DNA of 32,000 nt from the NCBI RefSeq assembly GCF_000829315.1, contig NZ_AP013028.1, positions 1 through 32,000 on the forward strand, written 5' to 3'. Positions 9,264 to 18,660 of this stretch are shown here, piece by piece. The position numbers and the translations under genes are program-made. The notes under the pieces are model-generated. The model saw only the letters and a program-made list of their open reading frames with translations, ran no database searches and had not been told where the DNA came from. The stretch is from Wolbachia endosymbiont of Cimex lectularius (GTDB lineage Bacteria; Pseudomonadota; Alphaproteobacteria; Rickettsiales; Anaplasmataceae). How positions within the stretch are numbered: the first letter of the stretch is position 1; the number at the start of each line of letters is the position of its first letter.

Positions 9264-11402
9264 ATGAGTAATGGAAATCATCTACGCAACATTCTGATAG
9301 GAGGGGTTGTAGCTTTCAGTGTACTAGAATTTTGCTTCTATTTATCTGGTATATTGTTTTACCTCTTTGTTGATGGTCCAGATGGCGTGGATTTTAAAGC
9401 AATTAACCCTAGCTTGACGCCTTTTCCTCAAGCTCTTTGGCCAACAATTTTTGATCATATACAATATTGTTGGCGTCATCCAGAGTTGTATAGCCTTGAG
9501 CTCAAAATTAAGTTGGTTGTATTTTCTGCGCTGCCTATCGTTGTCTTGATGATTATTTTGTGGAATTTAAGAGAAAGGGTAGTTGAGTGGCGACCATTTA
9601 AAAAGAAAGAATCACTACACGGAGATTCGAAGTGGGCATCAGAAAAAGACATAAGAAAAGCCGGGTTAAGAAGCAAAAAAGGGTTATTGCTTGGTAAAGA
9701 TAAAAGGGGCTACTTTATTGCTGAAGGGTTTCAACATGCATTGCTGTTTGCTCCTACAGGTTCGGGTAAAGGTGTTGGCTTTGTAATTCCTAATTTATTA
9801 TTTTGGACTGACTCGGTAATTGTACACGACATAAAATTAGAAAACTATGAAATAACAAGTGGTTGGCGAGAACGGCAGAAGCAAAAGGTATATGTGTGGA
9901 ATCCAGCACAGCCAGATGGAATAAGCCACTGTTATAATCCGCTACAATGGATTAGTGAAAAACCTGGACAGATGGTTGATGATGTGCAGAAAATAGCTAA
10001 CCTAATCATGCCTGAACAAGACTTTTGGCAAAATGAAGCAAGAAGCTTGTTTGTTGGAGTAGTATTGTACTTACTTGCTACACCGGAGAAAGTTAAATCT
10101 TTTGGTGAAGTTGTGCGCACGATGCGTAGTGATGACGTGGTTTATAATCTCGCTGTTGCTCTTGATACAATGGGTAAAATAATACACCCTGTGGCATACA
10201 TGAACATTGCGGCTTTCTTGCAAAAAGCTGAGAAAGAAAGGTCAGGTGTCGTATCAACTATGAACTCATCACTTGAATTGTGGGCAAACCCATTGATTGA
10301 TACTGCAACGGCGACAAGTGATTTTAATATTTTAGATTTTAAAAAGAAGAAAACTACAGTTTATGTCGGCTTAACTCCTGATAACTTAACTAGATTAAGA
10401 CCTTTAATGCAGGTTTTCTACCAGCAAGCAACTGAGTTTTTGTGTAGAAAATTGCCATCGGATGATGAGCCTTATGGTGTATTGTTTTTGATGGACGAGT
10501 TTCCAACACTTGGAAAAATGGAGCAATTTCAAACTGGCATTGCATATTTTCGTGGTTACAGAGTTAGATTGTTCTTAATTGTTCAAGATACTGAACAGCT
10601 CAAAGGAATATACGAAGAAGCAGGGATGAACTCCTTTTTATCAAACTCAACATACAGGATAACTTTTGCAGCTAATAACATTGAGACGGCTAATTTAATA
10701 TCGCAGCTGATAGGAAACAAAACTGTGCAACAAGAATCGTTGAATAAACCTAAATTTTTAGATTTGAATCCTGCTTCAAGATCGTTGCATATTTCTGAGA
10801 CACAGAGAGCGTTGCTGCTGCCTCAAGAAATTATTATGTTGCCACGTGATGAGCAGATAATTTTAATAGAGTCGACTTATCCAATTAAATCAAAGAAGAT
10901 TTTGTACTACAGTGATAGCACCTTTACGAGGAAGCTGCACAAATCAACTTTTGTGCCTACACAAGAGCCATATGATCCAAATAAAGTTTTTTCTGCTACT
11001 AACGAAGATAAAATTAGTAAAGAAGAAAATAATGCTATCGCAGGGCCTAGTACTGCTGATTATCCTGTTGAAACTCAAACCGAAGATGCAATATATGATG
11101 AATCAGAGATTAACGATGAGCTTAAAGAGGAAGATCTTGATGATGAATATGTTGACGACAAGTTTGAAGATGAAGAAGATGACGGGTTTGATGATGAAGA
11201 GGATGAATTTGAAAGTGGTGATGAATTTAAAGAAGAAAGAGACGATGACGGGTTTGACGACGAAGAGGATGAATTTGAAGGTGGTGATAAATTTAAAGAG
11301 GAAAGAGACGATGATGGGTTTGATGACGAAGAGGATGAATTTGATGATGAAGATATTGACGACGAATTAAAAAATGACAACAAAGCCGAAGATAAAGGTT
11401 AA
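9264..11402 (+). CDS. virD4: Type IV secretion coupling protein VirD4 with an acidic repeat C-terminal tail
   Basis: 712 aa. Two N-terminal TM segments, Walker A APTGSGKGVG, Walker B-like VLFLMDEF, TraG/VirD4 family layout. The last ~120 aa are D/E-rich. Confidence 0.93.
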   Translation: MSNGNHLRNILIGGVVAFSVLEFCFYLSGILFYLFVDGPDGVDFKAINPSLTPFPQALWPTIFDHIQYCWRHPELYSLELKIKLVVFSALPIVVLMIILWNLRERVVEWRPFKKKESLHGDSKWASEKDIRKAGLRSKKGLLLGKDKRGYFIAEGFQHALLFAPTGSGKGVGFVIPNLLFWTDSVIVHDIKLENYEITSGWRERQKQKVYVWNPAQPDGISHCYNPLQWISEKPGQMVDDVQKIANLIMPEQDFWQNEARSLFVGVVLYLLATPEKVKSFGEVVRTMRSDDVVYNLAVALDTMGKIIHPVAYMNIAAFLQKAEKERSGVVSTMNSSLELWANPLIDTATATSDFNILDFKKKKTTVYVGLTPDNLTRLRPLMQVFYQQATEFLCRKLPSDDEPYGVLFLMDEFPTLGKMEQFQTGIAYFRGYRVRLFLIVQDTEQLKGIYEEAGMNSFLSNSTYRITFAANNIETANLISQLIGNKTVQQESLNKPKFLDLNPASRSLHISETQRALLLPQEIIMLPRDEQIILIESTYPIKSKKILYYSDSTFTRKLHKSTFVPTQEPYDPNKVFSATNEDKISKEENNAIAGPSTADYPVETQTEDAIYDESEINDELKEEDLDDEYVDDKFEDEEDDGFDDEEDEFESGDEFKEERDDDGFDDEEDEFEGGDKFKEERDDDGFDDEEDEFDDEDIDDELKNDNKAEDKG
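11181..11348 (+). repeat. 66-bp in-frame tandem repeat, about 2.5 copies, inside the virD4 3' end
   Basis: Units at 11181-11246 and 11247-11312, partial unit 11313-11348. Each unit encodes DGFDDEEDEFE(S/G)GD(E/K)FKEERDD. Confidence 0.9.
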
Positions 11403-11519
11403 TTTTGCCTATTTTTTTGGCTCAGAAAACAAGTTATGCAAATCATTAAGCTTTTCACATTAAGCCATTTTTAATTAATTAGTATTAAATTATCTACTTT
11501 AAGTTAGGGGAGTAGTAAA

Positions 11520-12376
11520 ATGAGTAATAAAAAAACATTAGCAGTTATAGCATTTACTTTATTATTGTCACAACAGTCTTTTGCAAGCGAAACGGAAGGA
11601 TTTTACTTCGGTGGTGGATATCACGGCCAATTTTTAATAGCATAGGTTCACTGAAAGTCGAAGCGGCTAAAGGAAGTAAACATGTGACTGTGGACGAAAT
11701 GTACGTTCCGGACAAGATAAAAGGTCAAAAACCAAGTGAATACAAGGGAGACTATAATCCACCTTTTGCTGGAGGTGTAGTGTTTGGTTATGAAGGAGAA
11801 TTGGGTAACAATAGCTATAGAGCTGAATTGGAAGGAATGTATTCTTCTATAAAAGCGGATAATGTTGGATTAGAAGGCAACCAAATGAGTGTATCGTATC
11901 TCAAAGAAATTAGTGGAAAAAAATATATATATGATACTAAAGTAGATAATGACCAAATTGAAAACATGTCTGTAATGGCCAATGCCTACTATCATTTGAA
12001 GAATGATAGTTTCTCCTTTTCTCCTTATGTTGGGGCTGGAGTCGGTTTAACAAGGATGAGGATATTTGGAGAGGCGTCAATAAAACCTGCATATCAATTA
12101 AAAGCTGGTCTTGATTATTCCATAAATGAAAGTGTAAATATGCATGTTGGATATAGACATTTTGGTGCCTTTGGTACGAGTCATGAGCTAAAGGCAGATT
12201 TGTTGGGAAAAGTGAAACCCGGTACTTCAGGAGCAAAATCGACATTGGATGACAGTGTTAAAAACAGTCCACCAGACGGAGTTGCAAAACAGGAAAATAT
12301 AAATATAGGCAGTGGATTATTTGCTACACACGGTATAGAGGCTGGTCTTACTTTCCATTTTGCTAGCAAATCTTAA
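11520..12376 (+). pseudogene. wspB: wsp-paralog outer membrane protein (wspB-like), frameshifted
   Basis: ATG at 11520 encodes a signal peptide plus SETEGFYFGGGYHGQF, then hits TAG at 11643-11645. The rest of the surface-antigen beta-barrel (230 aa, ends GIEAGLTFHFASKS) continues in the +2 frame to 12376. One extra nt in the T5 run 11631-11635 would fuse the two parts. Confidence 0.7.
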
Positions 12377-12416
12377 GGCATGTTGTTCTTTGAAGAAAAT
12401 AGGCCTTTTGGTGTCG

Positions 12417-12512
12417 TTCCAGCGTGTAACGCTGGAATTCAGGAGAAAAAGAAGCATGGATCCCAATGGACTTTGTTGCATAGCTAGCTACGCAACAAAG
12501 CCAACTGGGATG
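12417..12512. repeat. Hairpin repeats downstream of wspB
   Basis: ttccagcg(12417-12424)/cgctggaa(12430-12437). Also ctttgttgc(12471-12479)/gcaacaaag(12492-12500), nested within an imperfect tcccaatgg/ccaactggga pair. Confidence 0.8.
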
Positions 12513-12520
12513 TTACTTTA

Positions 12521-12939
12521 GCAATAAATATTTAAGAAATTTACCAAATAAAAAAAAAGCAAAAGAATCCCCGTGGCGGCTAGTTATTTACTTTTGTGTC
12601 GAAATGTTGGCGTTTCTTTATCCTAAACGCTTAATAAGTGCGACTTAGCTGCTTTTTAAGGCAACTAACCTTAGCCATAAACATTTAAGAAATTCACTAA
12701 GCAGAAAAACAGGCAAAGAAACCCCGAGTAGCTAGTTATTCACTCTATCTTATAACATTGGCGTTTTTGATGTCTTAAACGACTTATAAGCGCGTTTGAG
12801 CTTGTATAGGTAAAAAACCAGAAGTTTTAAAAAGACATACGGTGCACATAGTGCAAAAAATTAAATATGAGACGCCAAATATGCTAAGTTTTTTTGTCAT
12901 TTAATCTGCACAGACTGAAGATAAATAATAGCTTCAACC
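12521..12939 (-). repeat. Promoter-bearing modular repeat, copy B (promoter module missing, abuts IS)
   Basis: Reverse complement aligns with 1668-2095 of copy A. The alignment stops at ttgaagctatt, exactly at the IS target site 12940-12942. Confidence 0.85.
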
Positions 12940-12998
12940 TTAGAACCTGTTTAAAATCTTGGAAATGTGAGGTAAAGTAAGCATAGATTAATAATGAG

Positions 12999-13319
12999 GT
13001 GTCTATGCAGAAAAGTTATCCAAGTAATATAAGTCAAGAGCAGTTTGAAAAAATCAGGCCAATTTTGGAGAGTAGCAAGCAGAAAACAAAACCAAGAAAA
13101 CTTGATTTGTATGACGTATTTTGTGGGGTGTTGTACGTCTTAAAAAGTGGTTGTCAGTGGAGGATGTTACCAAAGGGTTTTCCAAGATGGGAAAGCGTAT
13201 ATTACTATTTTCGAGTGTGGAGTAAAAAGAATGGAGAAGAGCCAAGCTTGTTGGAATTAGTCTTAAAAAAAATTAGTTGGAGAGGTCCGTATCAGCAATG
13301 GTCGGAAAGAGAAAACTAG
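12999..13319 (+). CDS. IS5-family transposase, N-terminal part (orfA)
   Basis: 106 aa with the typical IS5 N-terminal region (LYVLKSGCQWRMLPKGFPRWESVYYYFRVW). Confidence 0.85.
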   Translation: MSMQKSYPSNISQEQFEKIRPILESSKQKTKPRKLDLYDVFCGVLYVLKSGCQWRMLPKGFPRWESVYYYFRVWSKKNGEEPSLLELVLKKISWRGPYQQWSEREN

Positions 13320-13794
13320 CTTTTGTATAATTGATTCTCAAAGCGTTAAAAACGCAGATACTGCTGAAAAAAAAGGCTATGATGCAGGTAAAAAGATTTC
13401 AGGGATAAAGCGCCATATTGCAGTTGATACACAAGGTTTGCCACATGCAATTTATGTAACAACGGCAGAAGCAACTGACCGTAGCAGTGCTGTGAAAATG
13501 GTCGAAAATGCTAAAGCAAACCTCTCTGAAGTTAAAAACATACTGGTTGATGCTGGCTACACAGGAGAAAATTTTGCAACACAAATAAAAGCTATCATTG
13601 GTGCGACTGTTGAAGTAATAAAGCGAAGTGAGTTACACACTTTCGTCGTATTGCCAAAAAGATGGGTTGTTGAACGCTCTTTTGCCTGGTTAGAAAAGTG
13701 CAGGCGATTGTGGAAAAATTGCGAGCGGAAGCTCAACACTAGCTTACAGATGATAGTCCTCTCCTTCATTTCTCTCCTGTTACGAAGATTTTAA
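13273..13794 (+). CDS. IS5-family transposase, catalytic part (orfB), reached by a +1 frame change at an A8 run
   Basis: The frame is open from 13273 (LVGEVRISNGRKEKTSFCIIDSQSVKNADTAEKKGYDAGKKISGIKRHIAVDTQGLPHAI...DAGYTGE...RWVVERSFAWLEKCRRL), a DDE_Tnp_1-like sequence. The track lists only 13438-13794. Confidence 0.75.
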   Translation, partial: LVGEVRISNGRKEKTSFCIIDSQSVKNADTAEKKGYDAGKKISGIKRHIAVDTQGLPHAIYVTTAEATDRSSAVKMVENAKANLSEVKNILVDAGYTGENFATQIKAIIGATVEVIKRSELHTFVVLPKRWVVERSFAWLEKCRRLWKNCERKLNTSLQMIVLSFISLLLRRF

Positions 13795-13874
13795 ACAGGT
13801 TCTTATGTATAAAATAATTCTATTGTATATATGCTGGAAATTTTTGCATTAGAAAATTTTTTTGTTACCTAAAA

Positions 13875-16355
13875 TTAAACTGTTTTTTTTACTTTGTGTA
13901 GTACACTTTGCACTTTGTTTCCCAATTCATTTAGGGTGAATGGCTTTGGTAAAAAGTGGAAATCTTCCACATTAATGGTGTCATTCTTCAAAAACGCATC
14001 TTCCGCATATCCAGAAATAAAAATGACATTGATACCTGGTCTGTGAATTAAGGCTTCTTTGACTATCTCTGGACCGCTAACTTCTGGCATAATCACATCA
14101 GTGACTATTAGATCTATGTGTAAACTTTTTTCGCTTATCATTTCTAATGCCTTGTTGCCTGTGCTAGCTTCTATTACATCAAACCCTTTTCTTTGTAATG
14201 CTTTAGTAGTGAATTCTCTTACTGAATCTTCATCTTCGATCAATAAGATTGTACCATTGCTTCTAACTTCATTTACTACTGGTTTCTCTATTTCTTCGCT
14301 GCTTTCCTCTCTATGATTTTCATCTGATATGTAAACCATAGGCAAAAATATACTAAATTTAGTCCCGTGATTTATCTCACTAGCAACATAGATATACCCT
14401 TCAGTTTGTTTAATAATACCATATACAGTGGAGAGACCAAGACCTGTACCAGAGGTAATATCTTTAGTAGAAAAGAATGGGTAAAATACTTTTTGAATTG
14501 TATCATGCGTCATTCCACATCCTGTATCAACTACTTCAATTACAACATAATTTCCATGTTCAATCGCTTCTTTGTCTGGAGAAAACATATTCTTAGGTGT
14601 AGAATTTAATGAATTGATCTTTTTATTAAAAGTTCGTATGGTTAGTTCTCCACCCTTTTCCATGGCAGCACTAGCATTTATTACTAAGTTAAGTATAACT
14701 TGCTCTAATTGTCCTTGATCAGCCCTCACCATACCTAAACCCCTACCGTAATAAGCAGTGAATTTTATATTCTCGCCTATTAATCTCTTTATCATTTCAT
14801 AAAGATTAGTTATCGCACTGTTTACATCAATAATTTTTGGTTGCATTGTCTGCCTTCTTGAAAAAGCAAGCAACTGCTTAACTAAATTTGATCCACGTTT
14901 AGCATTTTGCTGTATTTGTATTATATTTCCAAAAGATGGATCACTAGCTGAGTGCTGAAGCAAAAGCAAATCACAAAATCCTATTATTCCGGTTAGTATA
15001 TTGTTAAAATCATGCGCAATACCACCTGCGAGCTGTCCTATAGCTTGCATTTTTTGGTAATGCTCAAGTTTTATCTCCAGATTTTTATGCTCAGTGTTAT
15101 CGACAAAATAGCAGAGTATGAACATCGTTCTATTATGAAGAAACTTATTGAAATATATCTTCGTATTATTGTTGTTGCTGAGCTGCACATCAAAGGATAT
15201 GTTATTTATTCTATTACTAGAAAAATACTCACGTATTTTCATATGATAGTCGTCTGATGTCAGTGTAAAGATCGAATTGTTATCTGGTCCTGCAAGCTTT
15301 ATTAGCGCTGTATTTTTTTTTATAAAGTTACCGTTTACATTGCACTGTGCAATAGCGATTGATGAATTTGTAAAACATGGGTGTAATTGATAATCAATAA
15401 CGTTTGATTCAACTGGCGTAATAAAGCCATATATATAGTTATGATGGTGTTTATCATAAAACATAGCAGCACTCATATAAGCCTTAAATGGAATACCACT
15501 TACGGTACAAAATAAAACTTCATTATCAGCTGCTGTATTATTATACTTAGATTGAAATACAAAGTCATTGATTGAACTGCCTCTTTCAAGTTTTTTCAGT
15601 TCAAATATGTTTAAAAACCTTTGATTTACAGATAAAATCATCCCTTTAGCATTTGCAATGTAAGTTCCTATATTATGCTTTTCTATTAATTCTTCGTATA
15701 CCTGCTCTTTGTTCATCTGTGTTGCTTTTAACACAAAATACCCATGTGGTCTTGCTATTGGTGCTAGTGATAAATTTAGAGCCTTATTACTACTTATAAC
15801 AACTTGGGGATTATCTGGTACTGGTTCAAAAAGCAAAAGAAAATTAGATATTTTATCTTTCTTGTTTAAGGCAATGCATACCTGTACAGAAGAGTTATTT
15901 TTTAGCGCATGGTATAGCGCCTTCTTGTCTTTCTCTGAAATATTCCCTATTTCAAGAATCTTGTCTAATGTACCGTCATTATCTATGTGATCTTTGAATC
16001 TTTCGTAGAACCTTGCGTCAGCATAAACAATACCCTCATCTCTGTGTAAAATAAGACAAAATTCTGTATTGTGATTTAGTGCATTTGCAAATATTGCATT
16101 TTGAAATTCTACGATATTAAGTAGATATCTATAGCGTTTTACATGATATACTATAAATAGAGTCATTAAAGTGCTAACTAGCAGGTTAATCTCTATATTA
16201 GTATGCTGGTCATATATATCAAAAAAGTAGAGTGTTGATATTACTACTGGAGGTAAAAACATAATGACTGCCATAGCGATAATTGACATTCCATGATTTC
16301 TCAATATGAAGTCAACTCTGTTCTCTTTCTTGCTGTCTATGTATCTTTTACTCAT
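13875..16355 (-). CDS. cckA: Hybrid sensor histidine kinase/response regulator, CckA-like
   Basis: 826 aa. N-terminal TM segments, PAS-like middle, H-box AIGQLAGGIAHDFNNILTGIIGF, HATPase_c (DTGCGM, GTGLGLS). C-terminal receiver domain (ILLIEDEDSVREF, DLIVTDVIMPEVSG, KPF). Confidence 0.8.
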   Translation of the reverse strand: MSKRYIDSKKENRVDFILRNHGMSIIAMAVIMFLPPVVISTLYFFDIYDQHTNIEINLLVSTLMTLFIVYHVKRYRYLLNIVEFQNAIFANALNHNTEFCLILHRDEGIVYADARFYERFKDHIDNDGTLDKILEIGNISEKDKKALYHALKNNSSVQVCIALNKKDKISNFLLLFEPVPDNPQVVISSNKALNLSLAPIARPHGYFVLKATQMNKEQVYEELIEKHNIGTYIANAKGMILSVNQRFLNIFELKKLERGSSINDFVFQSKYNNTAADNEVLFCTVSGIPFKAYMSAAMFYDKHHHNYIYGFITPVESNVIDYQLHPCFTNSSIAIAQCNVNGNFIKKNTALIKLAGPDNNSIFTLTSDDYHMKIREYFSSNRINNISFDVQLSNNNNTKIYFNKFLHNRTMFILCYFVDNTEHKNLEIKLEHYQKMQAIGQLAGGIAHDFNNILTGIIGFCDLLLLQHSASDPSFGNIIQIQQNAKRGSNLVKQLLAFSRRQTMQPKIIDVNSAITNLYEMIKRLIGENIKFTAYYGRGLGMVRADQGQLEQVILNLVINASAAMEKGGELTIRTFNKKINSLNSTPKNMFSPDKEAIEHGNYVVIEVVDTGCGMTHDTIQKVFYPFFSTKDITSGTGLGLSTVYGIIKQTEGYIYVASEINHGTKFSIFLPMVYISDENHREESSEEIEKPVVNEVRSNGTILLIEDEDSVREFTTKALQRKGFDVIEASTGNKALEMISEKSLHIDLIVTDVIMPEVSGPEIVKEALIHRPGINVIFISGYAEDAFLKNDTINVEDFHFLPKPFTLNELGNKVQSVLHKVKKTV

Positions 16356-16469
16356 TGTGCATATAAAAATGTTTTATTATATTTATTTAATTATTATCGA
16401 ATTATTAACATCTTTGATAAGTAATTACCACTTAAATCTCTCGAATATTGGTACTGTTGACAAGACATT

Positions 16470-17294
16470 ATGAACGAACAAAAAATGCAAGCTTTTGAAT
16501 GGTTCTGTGCACTGAGAAATAAAATTGTAGAGTCTTTTTTGTCAGTTGAAGAACAGTCATCCACAGATCCAAAGATTGAAAAAAGAAAATGGGATTGTCC
16601 AGGTGGTGGAGGTGGCGAATCTACAATTATTTATGGTAATGTTTTTGAAAAAATAGGGGTAAATGTTTCAAAAGTACATGGAAGATTCGCAGATTCAATT
16701 ATAAATGAAATCCCTGGTGCAAGCGAGAGCGATGGGGAATTTTGGGCAAGTGGCATATCTTTAGTGTCTCACATGCAATCTCCTCTGATTCCTGCAGCAC
16801 ATATGAACACAAGGCTGATGTATACATCGAAACAATGGTTCGGTGGAGGAATGGACTTTACTCCAATATATAAAAATGAAGAAGATTATAAGTATATTCA
16901 TGAATCAATCAAGGCAACATGTGATGAATTTGATACTGAGTATTATCCAAAATTTAAGGAGCAATGTGACAGCTACTTTTTCTTACAGCACAGGAAAGAA
17001 CCACGTGGAATTGGTGGAATTTTCTATGATAATCTGAATTCTGGCAACTGGGAAAGTGACTTCAAATTTACAAAAGCAGTGGGCGAAACCTTCTTGGGAA
17101 TCTATTTGCATATAATACGTCAACATATGCAAAAGCCTTGGACGAAAAAGCAGCGAGAGACCCAATTAATAAAGCGTGGCAGGTACGTAGAATTCAATCT
17201 GTTATATGACCGTGGTACAAGATTTGGTTTAATGACGGGTGGTAATCCAGATGCAATTATGATGTCAATGCCGCCTCTTGTTAAGTGGTTGTAG
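16470..17294 (+). CDS. hemF: Oxygen-dependent coproporphyrinogen III oxidase
   Basis: 274 aa with HemF signatures (AHMNTR, WFGGGMDFTP, RKEPRGIGGIFYD, RGRYVEFNLLYDRGTRFGL). Confidence 0.93.
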   Translation: MNEQKMQAFEWFCALRNKIVESFLSVEEQSSTDPKIEKRKWDCPGGGGGESTIIYGNVFEKIGVNVSKVHGRFADSIINEIPGASESDGEFWASGISLVSHMQSPLIPAAHMNTRLMYTSKQWFGGGMDFTPIYKNEEDYKYIHESIKATCDEFDTEYYPKFKEQCDSYFFLQHRKEPRGIGGIFYDNLNSGNWESDFKFTKAVGETFLGIYLHIIRQHMQKPWTKKQRETQLIKRGRYVEFNLLYDRGTRFGLMTGGNPDAIMMSMPPLVKWL

Positions 17295-17342
17295 AGCCTA
17301 AATGCATGAACATTGTGATTTGAAAACAGGGAGAACGGAGCT

Positions 17343-17730
17343 AAAAAACTACTTGACAAATTTCTCCAACCCCTTATAATGATACTGAAGCTATTCATTT
17401 AACTTCGCAATCTGCAGATTAAAATGACAAAGGAAACTTTGTATTTGGCGTCTCATGTCTTTATAAAAACTTCTGGTTTTTACCTGTACAAGCTGAAACG
17501 CGCTTATAAGTCGTTTAAGACAGTATAGAACGTCAAATAGAACAAGGGAGAATTTGAATACTAGCTGCTCTGGGTTTCTTTTGCCTTTTTTTTCTGCTTG
17601 GTAAATTTTTTAATATTTAAACTAAGGTCTGTTGCAGTTTAAAAGTCGCTAAACTGCAGCGTTTAAGACTTAAAAAAACGCCAATACTGAAAATAAGTAC
17701 TGACCAGGGCTTCTTTTGTCTTTAATTTGT
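17343..17730 (+). repeat. Promoter-bearing modular repeat, copy C
   Basis: Same block order as copy A, with an internal ~34-bp deletion and two 3' modules. Confidence 0.85.
17353..17380 (+). promoter_or_regulatory. Sigma70-type promoter TTGACA-N16-TATAAT in repeat copy C
   Basis: TTGACA at 17353-17358 and TATAAT at 17375-17380. Oriented toward the CDS at 17873. Confidence 0.45.
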
Positions 17731-17872
17731 CCTATTACCATTGAGATTTAGTATAAGCAAATCAAATATAGATCTGTTAACTTTCTACAAAACTAACAAA
17801 ACCCAAATATTAATGCTTGCTTAAAACCACTTAACTAATTATAATAGCTTTTGAGACTTTAGGTACAGTAAA

Positions 17873-18655
17873 ATGACCGCTTTTGTTCCTTTGGTTGTTT
17901 TTTTAATCTTGTACATTGGAGGCGGTGTTTATTTTTCTTTGATTGGAACTGACAATCCATTTAATCAAATTTCACCAGTAATTTGTCTACTACCAGCACT
18001 ATTTTTAGCTGTTTCATGCAGTACGGATAAAATTCAGCATAATATCAATACTGCTGTAGAGGGTATGGGTAGAAAAACCGTTCTTGTTATATGCTTGATT
18101 TTTTTGTTTTCTGGAGCATTTTCTGCTGTTGCCAAGTCAATTGGTAGCGTAGACGTGGCCACTGACTTAGTTGTTAATTTCTTTCCAGCAAGGTTACTAC
18201 TACCTGGGATGTTTTTGGCCTCTGCTTTTATCTCAACTGCAATTGGTACATTTATGGGAGTTGTCGCATTAATAGTGCCTATAGCTGTTAATCTAGCGCA
18301 AAATGGAGCTTTCGGTCTTGAAGTAGGAACTGCAACTGTGGTAGTCGGTGCTATGTTTGGCGACAACCTTTCAATGATATCCGCTCCGACTATTGCAGCT
18401 ATCTCGTTACAAGGATCTTCAGCAATAGATAGACTTAAAGCGAATTATAAGGTTGCATTCGTTGCAGGCGCTATAACATTCACTTATCTAGCGATCATTT
18501 CAAATAGTCCAGGAGTTATTCATGTATCAAGTTTAGATTATTATTCCATAATAAAGGTTATTCCTTACATTTCTTTAATAATCATGGGTTTATTTGAAGT
18601 AAACGTTCTAATAGTACTAGCCACCAACAATGCTGATAAGCCTAGTACTCAATAG
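17873..18655 (+). CDS. Polytopic inner-membrane transporter-like protein (Na+/H+ antiporter NhaC-family-like; possibly truncated)
   Basis: 260 aa, almost entirely hydrophobic with several predicted TM helices. The family assignment is from recollection of similar Rickettsiales proteins and is not verified. Confidence 0.45.
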   Translation: MTAFVPLVVFLILYIGGGVYFSLIGTDNPFNQISPVICLLPALFLAVSCSTDKIQHNINTAVEGMGRKTVLVICLIFLFSGAFSAVAKSIGSVDVATDLVVNFFPARLLLPGMFLASAFISTAIGTFMGVVALIVPIAVNLAQNGAFGLEVGTATVVVGAMFGDNLSMISAPTIAAISLQGSSAIDRLKANYKVAFVAGAITFTYLAIISNSPGVIHVSSLDYYSIIKVIPYISLIIMGLFEVNVLIVLATNNADKPSTQ

Positions 18656-18660
18656 CTTCA

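Larger units (their letters stand above)
12943..13802 (+). mobile_element. IS5-family insertion sequence (ISWpi1-like), copy 1
   Basis: 860 bp with 18-bp perfect terminal inverted repeats GAACCTGTTTAAAATCTT. Flanked by TTA (12940-12942) and TTA (13803-13805). Carries a two-part DDE transposase. Confidence 0.9.

Noticed and set aside
10912-11383. 152-aa (+) and 102-aa (-) ORFs overlapping the virD4 3' end.
   Set aside because: They are alternative-frame and antisense readings of the low-complexity GA-rich tandem repeat (M/K/L-rich and poly-Ser products). These are artefacts of repeat composition.
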